A DNA stretch of 64,000 bases from the human T2T-CHM13v2.0 reference genome, Homo sapiens, in NCBI RefSeq assembly GCF_009914755.1, contig NC_060936.1. One strand, given 5' to 3'. Below the pieces are notes generated by a model. It did not search any database. It was not told the DNA's origin and saw only the letters and a list, made by a program, of their open reading frames with translations. The position numbers and the translations under genes are program-made. Position 1 is the stretch's first letter, and every line of letters starts with the position of its first letter. This document shows, one piece after another, positions 11,599-23,800 of this stretch.

Positions 11599-14500
11599 GG
11601 AAAACGTATCCTGCCAAAACAGATTTCCATCATACCCCCAGTTGTCAAAGTACTTCATCTGAGAAACATGTTGAGATTCTCACAAAACTGTAAGGGGCGG
11701 GGGACAAGTTAAATGAGCCTGTGGCTGCATCTTTCCCTCCACACCGTTGGGGTCCTGAGGTTCAGTTTACCATGTTGGAGTCTCAGATGCTACTCCCTGC
11801 CATGAGCCTCAGCCTTCTTGTCCCCAGATGCCAAGGGCAGTTTCTTTGCCAGGTTCGGCATTGATAGATCTGCATTTCTCTGAAGACATGTTCAGGATTT
11901 TAGTCTGCAGGGAGAAACTAGATGCGGGAATTTGTGTAAATGCAGTAAGTGTTCACTGCTTACCCTTCTAGTAGTATACCAAGAACCATAAGTCATGACT
12001 TCCTCCAACCTGGAGCAGCATGGTTCCTCCTAAGCAAGCTTTTTTTGGCCTTTCCCAGGCTTCTGACAGAGCTAAGAGGACCAATAATGAGCAAGAACCT
12101 GGAGAAGTGTGTAAAAGTAGCTTTAACAGCTGTTCTGAGTCAAAGCCTAGAACATAATAGGTGTATACTTCCTTCTACCCAAGATGAACCCTTGTTGTCC
12201 AAGTCCTTCTAAGCCCCAGTATTGTGTCTCCCAGAGCCTCCTTCCCAGTTACATGAGAAAGGAAATAACATGTCAGTGTCCAAGAGTGGTAGCTTAGCTT
12301 GATCTGTCTGGCAATAAGTCGGAACCTGCATGTACCTCAGACGTCAGTCAGGAGCTTTCACTCCAAGTCTAGGAAAGGCTATGAGATGGCTTATACCTTG
12401 GAGAGGTCACAAGATGACTCAAGAAAGGTAGGCAGAGTTCGGTCAGTGGGATAGGAACCCTCAACCTGTGGGCATCCATGTTCCTAGGTTCTCTTCCCAA
12501 ACAGGGATTCCATGTGGAAGGATAGTTCCAGTGGTCTTAGACCTCCTGTTCCATTCCTTTTCTGGAACAACTGATTCCTTGGGTGCACACAGAGCTTGAA
12601 CTACACCAGAATCTGAGTCCCCAAGGATGTGCATCAAGGATAGTGTAGGGCCAGTCAAGCCCAGCAAGCACACATGTGAGCAGCTGGAGAATCAAAGCCT
12701 CGGGTATCCTCTATTCTATCCCGTGGTCTCCACAAGCAGGTTCTCCCAACATTCAGGAGATGGCAGCCCCAGATACCAGACATAGAAGATGTCATACTCA
12801 CTTGAGCAATACACAAGCACAGGTCTATACCTGGATCAGTTGCCAGGGGCATGTTAAGCATCTTGTTTCCAGCTCTGAAGTTGCTGTGAGCTCACCCAAA
12901 TGAGGTTAAGATGAGAAGGTGAGGAAGAGACATAAGTGGTGGAATATTATGAACAGTTGAAGAAATCATGAGCTCAACTCAGGTAAGGAACCCTCAAGAT
13001 TTCCCCCCTACATATGGGCTTGTACTTGAGAACTGTAACACTTTCAGGGAGAAATTCCATAAGTTTTACCTAGAGTTAGAGTTAAGGTCACTGACATGCC
13101 TACAGGAGCAGATTCCAGCTGGGAAGATATCAGTACCAGGTTTTAGAATCATCTCAGTCTGAGAAGGCCATGTCCCTTTCAGATCTATACCTACAGAGTC
13201 CATTACTAGAGATTTTGGCTGGAATGTGAATGTCCGTCCAAGAGACCACACTCAGGATGGATGCTCTGGTACGGTCACCTCACCTGAGGTTACAGGTTAA
13301 CACTAGAACCTGAACTAAGGGGTCAAGCATTGGTGCTAGAGCCTTACCTAAGGCTGATACAGTTTAGGAAACCCTGGCTGGGCAATTCCCAGGCTCATCC
13401 ATGGAAATGGTAGGAATGATTGTTTCACTAGATGCCCTCATTTTGTCATGAACACATTCAGCATCTGCCCTTAAGTATAACAACTGCCAATACCACAATC
13501 TGAGGTCAGGACAGTAAGAGTCTTCCCTCTTGGGCTTCAGTCCTCAAGCTTCCTGGGAAGTGACAGAACCATTGGTTCTGCAGGAACATGACAAGTGTTG
13601 CTCAGAACTTTCACTCTTGGATAAGAATATTTACTTCTTAGGGAAACAAAGTTTTAGTAAAAATATAAAATATTACAATAAAAGGGCAAACTTACTGTCT
13701 GGAACAGTGAACTCAGCTAGCATTTATGTATTCTTTGAATGCTCCATTAAGTGTAATAAAATGTCTTTTAGGCAAGGGGCTAATTTATCCTCCAGGGAAG
13801 GAAAAATGCTAGATAAGCATGGATGTTTCACCCTAAAGCAATGAAATGTATAGGGTTTCAGATCAAGGTCACCAAGTTCCAGTTAAGGGAACATCTGCCA
13901 AATATAGGCTAATTTAGAAGTCAAAAATCACAACACACTGAAAACGATTTACAAGTCTATAGTGCTTTCCAGGAATAGAAGAAACCTAAAAATTTTCTTT
14001 GTAAGTGGAGATTAAGTTTTTCTAACATCTATGGATGGGGTTTGTAGGTGGATGATTTTAGATTCCATACGTCAGTGAAGTAGATAGGAAACCAAGGATC
14101 TCATACATTTATCCCCCTCAGTAGACACAAAACAGGGAGAAGAACCATGATAGAGGAAAGGTGATCACCAGGCAGCATCCCCAGCAGTGCCGACACCCCC
14201 ATATGCACCTCCAGAGAGGACACCCGAGAGCTCCTCATCTTCACTGACTTCTTGCCAAAAAGCATTCTACCAGGGCCTGCACTCAAGGAACCACTGAGGA
14301 GTCCAGGGTCAGAGTCCTGAAGGTTATCCACCATTCTGGGTTAACTGGTCATAAAAATGTAAAGACATGGTTGGGAGAGCTAGTACAGACCACCTCTAAG
14401 ATCCTACCTTCCTGGTAGGTGGCAGAAATGCTTAGGGGTCATGAAGATCAAGACTCTACCTGAAATCAGTGTTCCCCATTTACAACATCTTATGTGTACA

Positions 14501-15139
14501 GAACAATGGGAACAGAGACACTTTACTGACCAATAAAGTCAAACAGGGGGCCCATGGGGCAATTGGGATATGTGTCCCAAGGCTCCATTATCCACTGACT
14601 CAGACCACAAAGTGACAGAAACCAGACGCCTCTGGCCAATACACAAACCCTAGCACTGCCATAGGCCTCCTCTGCCTGCCTGCTCTGGGCTCAGAAGCCA
14701 GCCTAGATGGCCCTTGAAGAGTGAGGCCCTCCTCTGAGCTGAACCCACATCAGGACAGCAGACTTTTTGCTCTCACCTGGCTTTACCTTCTAGAATTCTT
14801 AGAAAAGCTAAGGACAGACTAGAAAAGCCTATTGAGAACTTTGTTTCATTGCAAGGCTTCCAATCTTTAGTTCATATTTTACATGTCAGCTACTTCTCTC
14901 ACTTTGCCTTGGTAGAATAGCCACAGAAGCATTAAGTGGTAATTAAGATCACATACTTCTCAGGAGGTTGGAGGAAATAGTATGAGGCAGTATTCATCCT
15001 CCATTATTCATGGCTGGGAGACAGAACTTTTAGAAGGACATGTCAACAGAGGAGCAGGAAGCCTCTGAGCTGTGCATATCTGCACGCTGTTAACCACCCT
15101 TCATAGAAGGAATAGGACTGGGATAAACGAAAACCCCTA

Positions 15140-15480
15140 TGATTTAAAGGACACTTGTGATACTGACTAGCCACAAATGTTATGACACTTGGATCCTCAT
15201 TTGTGTAGTCAAGAGTTCTGATGCTTGAGAATTGGAAGTTTGAGGACCCATAGGTTTAGTGATAATGGGGTTCTCAGTTATTTTCATCAATGTGCTGTCT
15301 TTCAGTAACTCGAAACATCACACATGCATATGATGTGTTCCTAAGAAATTTGAGGTCAGGAGTTTGCAAAAATGCCGCCGGAATGGGAGTGGGTGGATGC
15401 ATGTAAGACTTGCCTGAGTCAGTTGTAGAACATGGGTCATGCTTGAAGGCTAAAGCTATTGTTCTGGCTTTTTCTGTAAC
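15140..15480 (+). mobile_element. L1MC4-like 3' fragment embedded in the tandem unit (copy 2)
   Basis: Paralogous to 5900-6250 and 20450-20800 (GAAGTTTGA...TTTAGTGATAA; TTCCTAAGAAAT; GGAATGGGAGT). Confidence 0.55.
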
Positions 15481-16958
15481 AGGTTAAGAGCTAACTAGAG
15501 ACCCCTTCCAAGCCACTCAAAAGACCAGTGTGCCCTGTAGCCCACGCAGTTTTATCAAGTCCCCAGGGATGTCTTACTGTCTTATGGTGCTGACTAGTCC
15601 ATCATGTCACTTGGTTCAAGGGAAGGAAAATCTTGGATGTAAAAAGAATTTCACGTAGAATATTTTCTACATGAATATATTCCATTATTCTGAAGGTTTT
15701 GCTAATCAGTACCCAAAGGGCCAGCTAGAGGTTCCCACTCATTACAAAAAGTCTGCATTTACATTGGGAGCAGCAGTGTCAAACCTAGGATGAGTGCTTC
15801 ACTGACATTCAGCACCAGGTCCATTGACACAAGCAACAGTGGCTGTGAAGAGGTATTCACCCATCCAACAGGGGTAGGGAATCTAATCCAGGACAGTGCT
15901 GACACAAAGAAGCTGCTTGCCTGATAAAACTGGAAAGTTTCCTTGAAGGCTACTTACCACCCAGTGAGACTCCAGAGTCCAGGTGAAGAACCAAGAAGCA
16001 ACAGCACCCACAAGGACACCCTAGGAAGTGTACACTGGAGCCCTGCACTCCTGTGACAGATTTCTACATTCACTCCCCTAGTTGCTAACTCTTACCTATG
16101 GAAGGAGTTCAGATTTTCTCTGAGGGAGCTGCAAAGAGATCCTCCTGAACCAGTCGGATGAGTCTGCAGCATTTTTTTGGACTCCAGGGCCTGAGGCTGA
16201 GTTTCCCCTGCTGGGGTCTCAGGCAGACACTACCTCTGCTTGCACTCAGATGCCAAGTGCAGTTCCTCATTGGCCTCTTTACTGAGCACACAGCTGTGTT
16301 TTTGACAAGATGGTCAGGAGTTGACAAGCAGGGTGAGGAATGTAAGATGCTTCATTCCCTACACTTTAGGCCGACTGTCATGAGCCATAAACTCCCACTC
16401 ACGATCCAGTTTTGATTGGCCTAGAAGTTCCTTCTTAGCCTCCCATCAGGCTTCCAAGGCTTCCTCCAGGAGCCAGGAAGAATCAAGGAAGAGAGAAGCC
16501 TGGGATGTAAAATAGTTTTACAGTTAAGTCAAAACCTAGGTCATAGTACAGGCAGTTCTGTTCCCCTGAGGCAAGTTCTTTTTCCAAGTCCCTCAACTTT
16601 GTCTCCCAGTTCCCGTTCTTTAGAGAACTCTTGGCTGTCTCAGTGGCCAAGGTAGCAGATGAGAATTCACTGGCCTGCAGGGAATGGAAGACCTGTGTCT
16701 GCTGTGTCATTACCTATTAGTTCAGCAGTTCCACCTCCAAACGTGGGTAAAGCCACAGGACTGCTTGTGTCCTTGGAGGTCTGACTATAGAGACACAGAA
16801 GGCATAGTCTCTTTCAATGTGAAGAGGAAACTCTACACTTAGACAGAGGTTCCCAGGCTTCCTGTATTGGGAATTCAATGTGGAAAGATGATCTGTGTCC
16901 CATGGACCTCTTCCTATCCCATTACATGTCTGGACTGAGTCTCTTGGTTGTTTAGGTA

Positions 16959-17040
16959 TTAAGTTGGTACAAAAGCAATTGTGGGTTTTGCCATTGAAAG
17001 TAATGACACAAAACTCGCAATTACTTTTGTACCAACCTAA
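16959..17040. mobile_element. MADE1 (Hsmar1-derived MITE), full-length hairpin
   Basis: TTAAGTTGGTACAAAAGCAATTG...CAATTACTTTTGTACCAACCTAA terminal inverted repeats, 82 bp, flanked by TA target-site duplications (16957-16958, 17041-17042). Confidence 0.95.
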
Positions 17041-20000
17041 TACATACAGCTTCAGGAGCTGACACCAAGGATGAACAAGGAGGACTGAAGGGGGTAGTCA
17101 AGACTTGTGAGTTCACATCTGTACCAGCCACGTGGAAACCCAGGTGTCTTCACACTATCCCAATTCTCTCCTTAAGGAGCAGGTTGTTCTGGTGTTCAAG
17201 AAAAGAGCCCAAGTGACCCAAGAAACCAGTGGACCTGGACACATGCCAGGCTGTCTATAGCAAACAGGTACTTGTCTGTAATATGATCCCTAGAGACAGA
17301 AGATGGTATTATTTCTGGCTCATACATCATAGTTCACCCAGATAAAGGTTTTGAAGAATAGCAGTTGAGGAATGACATAGTGTCTGATGTCACCGATTGG
17401 TTGAGGCTGAGTCAGAAAAGGGACACCCATATGAAGCCTCACCCTATATGGCTTCATATGTGAGGGAAGCTTATTCCTATGGAGAAATTCCCTGATGTTA
17501 CTGAGGAATAGTGCTGAGGTCACCGAGACTTGTTCTTGCTAGTGCAAAGCAAGTTTTCCTGCATATGAACGCCAGATCATAGAATCAAAGCCCAGGTACA
17601 GACTGGGGAGAGAAAGCCATGGCCCTTTCAGATCTAGGCCTGTAGGGTCAACAGGAGTTTGACTAGGTTTTTAGAGTCAGTTTCTCCGTAACCAGTCTCA
17701 GGATGGACACTTAGTACAACTGTGATGTGGTTGCCACCATACCTGATGCCATAGGGCAAAGGGAGAGCCTAGACAGAAGATCAGACAATGCCGAAGCCCG
17801 ATTAAGGCTGGCTCAGTTTTGGAAATCGAAGCTGGCCAAACACCCAGCTCATCCATATGAGCTATGAGAGTAGCATTTCACTAGATGCCTTTATCTAGCT
17901 CTGATCTTGAACACATTTAATAGCTGCTGTTCTTTGGCCAGGAATTCTCTCCAGTGCCAAGTCATAGATTCTTCTTTAGCCATCAGAACCTGAGCCACCG
18001 AGCCCACGATGCTTATCAAGAGTACAGGAAGGAAATCTTTAGACAGCCTTTTGTAAGTATGAACTGGATTCTGGAATTAAATTTCTAGGTTGTAAGCCCC
18101 ATCAATATCAGAATCTAGCAAAATAGGAAAAAGAATCAAGGATCTCACTTATGTAGTAGCCATAAAGCAGGGGAAGCAACCATGACAAAGGGACATTGTT
18201 CAGCTTCATGATATGGCTATTTTAGCATCCCCAGCTGTGGGACACCCTGGCATGCACCTCTAGGCAGGATGCCAGGAGCTACCCGTGACCTCCATGGAAT
18301 TCCTGCCAAGAAGGGTTCTATCCACCTCTTAGAAGGATCCTGGGTGTCTTCCAGGTTGTGTCTTACAGGTTATTCTGTATTTATAATTAGCTGGTCAGGA
18401 AGAGACACAAGGTGGGAATAACTGGTATGGACCTTCTAAGATCCTACTTTTCTAGTAGGTGGCATAAGTGCTTGCAAGTTAGAGGTGAAGACCCCACCCG
18501 ATTGAAGTCACTGTGCCTTGTTTATACCACCTTCATATGGATAATACAATAAAAGACAGACCTTTTATTGACCAAGCATTTTGAATACATGGGGCTCTGT
18601 GGGGCAGCTGTGGCATTTCAAGGCCCCATCATCTGATTCTCAGAGCACATAATCACGATGAGCCAAGATCAGACTCTGGCAGTGCCAGGGTTGGCACCTT
18701 GGGCAAAGGCCTCACCTCACAGCCTGCTCTGGGCTCAAACAAGCCCAGGTGGACCTTGCCTTTAATGAGAAAGGTTCTCCCTTTGAACTGAGGCTGCAAT
18801 GAGACAAGGCCTTCTATCACGGTTTGGCCTTTGAGGCTTCTTTATGTGATTGTTAGAGAAGCAAGCAATAAAACCTGTAAGTGCTTCTCATTTCACTGAA
18901 AGATCCTCAGCCTCACGTTGAGGTCAAAGTCATCTGATGTGTCACCTATGTTTGCCTTGCCTTGACAAGCTAACAAGGACTTTAGTACCTGAGCTAATGT
19001 ACTCCCCCCACCAAGGAGGAGAGGCAGTGTCTGATGTAGCATCCATTCTTTGAGATCTTCGTCCTGCATGATTGGGAGGGGTGGACATTCCAGCATTCAA
19101 TTACTTGTCTCTTCTACAGATTCCCACCTCTCCAAAGGTCTTCAGGGATCTGCAGTTGGAATATAGGTTTAGTATTTGAATCTTGACTGCTGTGAACAGA
19201 AGAGTTCCTTTCATTATTTCTGAGAAGTTGCAAATGAAGAAGAGCCATGGTAGATACAGAAATAAGATGGTATACTTGATGCAAGGTTGAATTAATTGCA
19301 AAATACCCTTTGCTAACTGGTTCTGATGAGCTACATGGAGATCTTTATGGAGGTGCTCAGACTTGTGACTACCACCCATGCTGGAAAGATTTGGTTGTAA
19401 TTGCATTTAAGTACTCATATTTTAAAGCAACACCCCATTATCCAGAGATGGTCATTCAGGGAGAGCCCTAGTGGTGAGCAATTCAGCAATGCCTCTGGAA
19501 AAGCTTATGATGGCTAAGAAGTCTAATCTAATGGCTGCCTACCTGACCCCAGGTGGAAGGGACTTCATTCTGAGGGCCACTCAGACATTACCTTCAAGAA
19601 GGAAAACAAATTAGAAACCCTACATGAGCATCCTCAGCTGTTATTTGTCTTTTGATTCCAGAAATATTTGGATCAAGATAGTATGTGATACTACAAGTGT
19701 CTCCCAGGGGTCACAGCTGGAAGAGGGGCTCACCTGAGAGGTATCAGGTACCTGATCAGGTCAGTGTCAAGAGAGACTGAGCTTTCCTGTTTCCACATGC
19801 ACTTTCCTCACCCTTAACCTAAAGCCAGTAAGTGTTCAATATTAAGAGTCAGATTTAATGGTAAGCCTCCTGTATTGAGGATCTAGGGAAGGAAGAGAGA
19901 TAGTCAGAAGGGCACTGAGGTTACAGCCAAGTTCACAGCTACAACTGAAGAGCCTGCAACTAACTCATTGTTTTGCAAAGGTGATGACTGGTGACTCATC

Positions 20001-20088
20001 CTATGTTAATCTCAGTACTCAGTGCCACAGATACATAGGAAAGCATTGTCTGCGTTCTAGATGGAGTCCCTGTGTTACTCCAAGTTTC

Positions 20089-20232
20089 AGACAGGGTCTT
20101 GCTGTTGTCCAGGCTGGAGTGCAATGGCATGATCATAGCTTAGGACGGCCTCAAGCCCGGGCTCAAGTGATCTTCCTTCTTTAGCCTCCCGAGTAGCTGG
20201 GACTACAGGTGCACGCCACCACACCCGGCTAA
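20089..20232 (-). mobile_element. Alu monomer (AluJ right arm / FRAM-like), poly(A) tail essentially lost
   Basis: AGACAGGGTCTTGCT..CCAGGCTGGAGTGCAATGGCATGATCATAGC..GGGCTCAAGTGATC..CTACAGGTGCACGCCACCACACCCGGCTAA. Confidence 0.9.
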
Positions 20233-20449
20233 GTGTTTATCCTTAACATGTCAGCTACATTTCTTGCTTTTACCTGGCAGACTAACTGCAGAGGCATTAG
20301 TGACTGAGATCATTATTCTCTAGGAACTGGGAGAAGTATCAGTATTTGAGGCATGTGAACAGAGCAACAGGAAGCCTGAGCTTTGGACATCTGCAGGATA
20401 TGGGCCATCCTTCATAGACAGAAGTAGCCAGGGTGAAAAACCTTACAAT

Positions 20450-20800
20450 TTAGAGGACACTTGTCACATCAACCAGCAACAAGTATGGGTAGAATTTTGA
20501 TCCTAGTTTAGATAGTTTGCAAGATTGTGACACCTGAATTTGAAGTTTGACTACTTATGGTTATTTAGTGATAAAGGAGCCAGTTTAAGTAAGTACGGTT
20601 AAGGTATTGTATCTCTAAATTTTCTGATCATACATACTACAATGTTTCTAAGAAATGTGGGGTTGGATATTTGCTACAAAATGCTGCAGGAATAGGAGTA
20701 GGTAGAGGCAAACAAGACGACTTGCCATGGGTCACAGGTGGATATGCGTTATACTTTCAAGGACAAAGGCCACTGTTCTATCTGGGTAAGTGTTTTCTGT
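20450..20800 (+). mobile_element. L1MC4-like 3' fragment embedded in the tandem unit (copy 3)
   Basis: CACATCAACCAG...TTTGATCCTAGTTT...GAAGTTTGACTAC..TTTAGTGATAAAGG; paralog of 15140-15480. Confidence 0.55.
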
Positions 20801-23800
20801 AACAGGCTTTAAAAAGGTTAAAACCAACTACCTTTCCCAAGTCACCCAGGAGACCAGTACATGTTGTGGGCTGCAGTTTTGCACAAGCCTCTAGAGATAT
20901 ATTTTTTCTTACTGTCCAGAGTAGTCTTATGTCACTTAGAGGAAAGTCTCTTGGGTATTGCAAGAATTTCATGCTGACATCCTGCATGGACCTTGGATAG
21001 GCCTCTGGATACTTCTGTATTAGGAAACACTAAAGTCTTCTAAGAGCCACCTGGAAGTTACTTATGACATGTTTGCCCTAAACAAACAGCTAACCAAGGA
21101 GTCACTTCATGAACATCAGGTTCATCTGATGAGACCCAGTTGTCATGATAGGATGTTCCCCTAGCCACAAGGAGGTAGAATCTGCAACCTAGAACAGTGC
21201 TGACACCATCAGGAAGCCTGCCCTGCAGACAGGAGGCTCCCAAGTCTGCATACCGGGGCAATCCTACAGCAAATAAGAAAGAACCAAGAACAGTGGAACC
21301 CAGAGCGATGCCTAAGGAAGTACAGATGGACATCCTGTTCTCCTTCCAAGACAGACTTCCACATTCATGCCCTTAGTTATCAAGTAATGCTTCCCCGAGG
21401 GCCCAGTTCAGGATTTCAGATTAGGAAGTGACTGGTCGGGTGGGCCTGAACCAGTTTCCTTCCCTCTGTACCATAGGAGTTGAAGTTCAGTTTCCCATAC
21501 TAAAGTCTCAGGCAGATGCTACCATCTGCCCTTCTGAGCCTCAGCCTCCCTGTGCTCAGATGCCAACTGCAATCAGGCTCCCCATTAAGAACAGCTACAT
21601 TTCTCTAACAAGATGGTCATGAGTTGTGCGAAAGCAATGAAGGGAATTAGGTAAGACCAAGAAGTTTCTTATTCTTGAAATACTCAAATCATGATCCCCT
21701 CTAACATGGTTCAGCATGAACCAGCCTGAAGCAGCTCATATTGGCCTTTCCCATGATCTCCCAGGCTTCTCCATGGAGCTAGGATGTCCAGAGAAAGAGG
21801 CTAGACCAAACGGACAGTAGCTTAAACAGCTTTTTCAAGTAATAACTGATAAAGATGCAGTTCCTTCCACCTGAAGTGAACTCTTACATTGAGAGTCCTT
21901 AGTATATTGTCTAAGCCCCCTCACCAGGTAAAAGATGCCACCTGAATACTCAAGGGTGGTAGCTGAGTTTATCTTGGAAGGAATTGAAACTCATGTATCT
22001 CTCAAGTGTGACTACTTGCTCATGAAGTTAAAATCCAAACCTAGGAAAGGCCACAAGGCTGCTTGCAACATTGGAGATGCCACAATATTAAGAAAAATGG
22101 AGAAGTTTCCGCTCCAGATACTCAGTATTTGAGGAGATGTTTTTTTTTTTAACCTTAGAGTTGTCCATCATAGAATTAACTGTTTCATGGACTTCCTGTT
22201 CAAGAGCTTTTTCCACATGTCCGATTTTTTAGGTGCACACAAGGCTTAAGCTCACAAGCTGCCAAGGTTTCCAGGGATGATGGAGGACAGTTCAAACCCA
22301 GTGAAGACAAAGCCCTGATGGTATTCTTAGCCCTATCCCAAGACTTCCCTTGAGACATTTCTCCCAACGTTCAGGAGAAGAGCCCAACAATGGTCCAGGT
22401 GCCTAGGAGACCCAGATGACAGTTTCATACCTAATAGGTATTTGTTACATCTTCTCCAAATCTAGGGTCATATTTGAGGAAAGGTTTATGAAACGTTTGT
22501 GAGCTAGCCCTCGGGTTTATGAGCTTATGTAGACCAAAGCTTTAAGATCAGAACATGCAGAATGAGGGAAGCCTGACTCGAGTAGTTAATTGTCTACATA
22601 GCCCTAAGTTTGTCAAGGGAGATTCAGATTTACATTTGGTTGCTGCAAGTGGCAAGGCCATACTATCTGGCTTCTGTCACCAAGGAAAGCCATGATAGTC
22701 TTAAGGGTTTAAGGAGGAAGTTTAAGTACCCAATTAAGGAGGAAGCATCACTGCAGAAGTGGTTTTTGCCTGTTTGAAACTTGGTCATACCCACATAAGC
22801 ACCTGATCTCAGAATGACACCATGATCTCAGATTAAAAAGCTATTTTACATGACAGCTCTAGCTATAGTGAAGATAGTTCACCCAAGATTTGACAATTGC
22901 TTAGCATGTACTTTTAGTATAGACATATTGCAACTTTTCAGCTTGGTTGTCAGCTCACCTAATCATACAAGTTAGACACTAGAATCTAGGATTAGTGATC
23001 AAACAATGCCAGAGATCTTGACTAAGTGGCTCAAGTTTGGGAGATCTAATTGATCACATCCCTGGCTTATGCAACGAGGTGGCTAGGAGAATAACTGATG
23101 CTTAGACGTCTCCTATCTTGGTCTGCGTAGGACTAATAGATGCCATCTGTTGACCAGGTTACTATGGCATTGATAAGTGACATTCTTCACTGACCAATAA
23201 CTAAGCTTCCCTAGGAAGGGCAAAATGTTTCTGGGTTGAGTTCCTGCTCATTAAGAATTATTTGATTTAAACCAGGTTAGTGTTAACTCATCACTAATAG
23301 TTCCATTAAAGCATAGGTCCTGGGGCACTAAACTCACCTAGTACCCATGTGATTTCCAAGTCATTTCCTTCTGTAAGCCAAAACCATTTAGATAAGAGGC
23401 CAATAACAGATCTGGAACAGCAAGAGTCCCAGGTGAGCATGGACAATGTTGTGCCATAAGACTAGGCAGTACACAAACGGTGTTGGGTAGTCTAGGACAC
23501 AGCCAGCTTGAAGGAGCTCCCGTGGGACAATTCTCTGAACAAGACTATCAAATCATTAAAATAATCCCTACCTACAGTGATGTTTAGAAGGAGAGAAGAA
23601 ACTCTAGATTGTCATTTAGTAAGTGTACATTTAATGATAGAAGTGTTGCCATTCAATTCAGGAGGAGTTAAGGGCCTTGGGTAAAGCAATAGGTAACCCA
23701 TCTGAGGTTTTCAAATATTCATCCCACAGGATTAGTCAGAGGTAAACTTCCCAGTGGACGGGTGTTCACCTCAGCTAGGAGATCAACTTCTGCCACAGCA

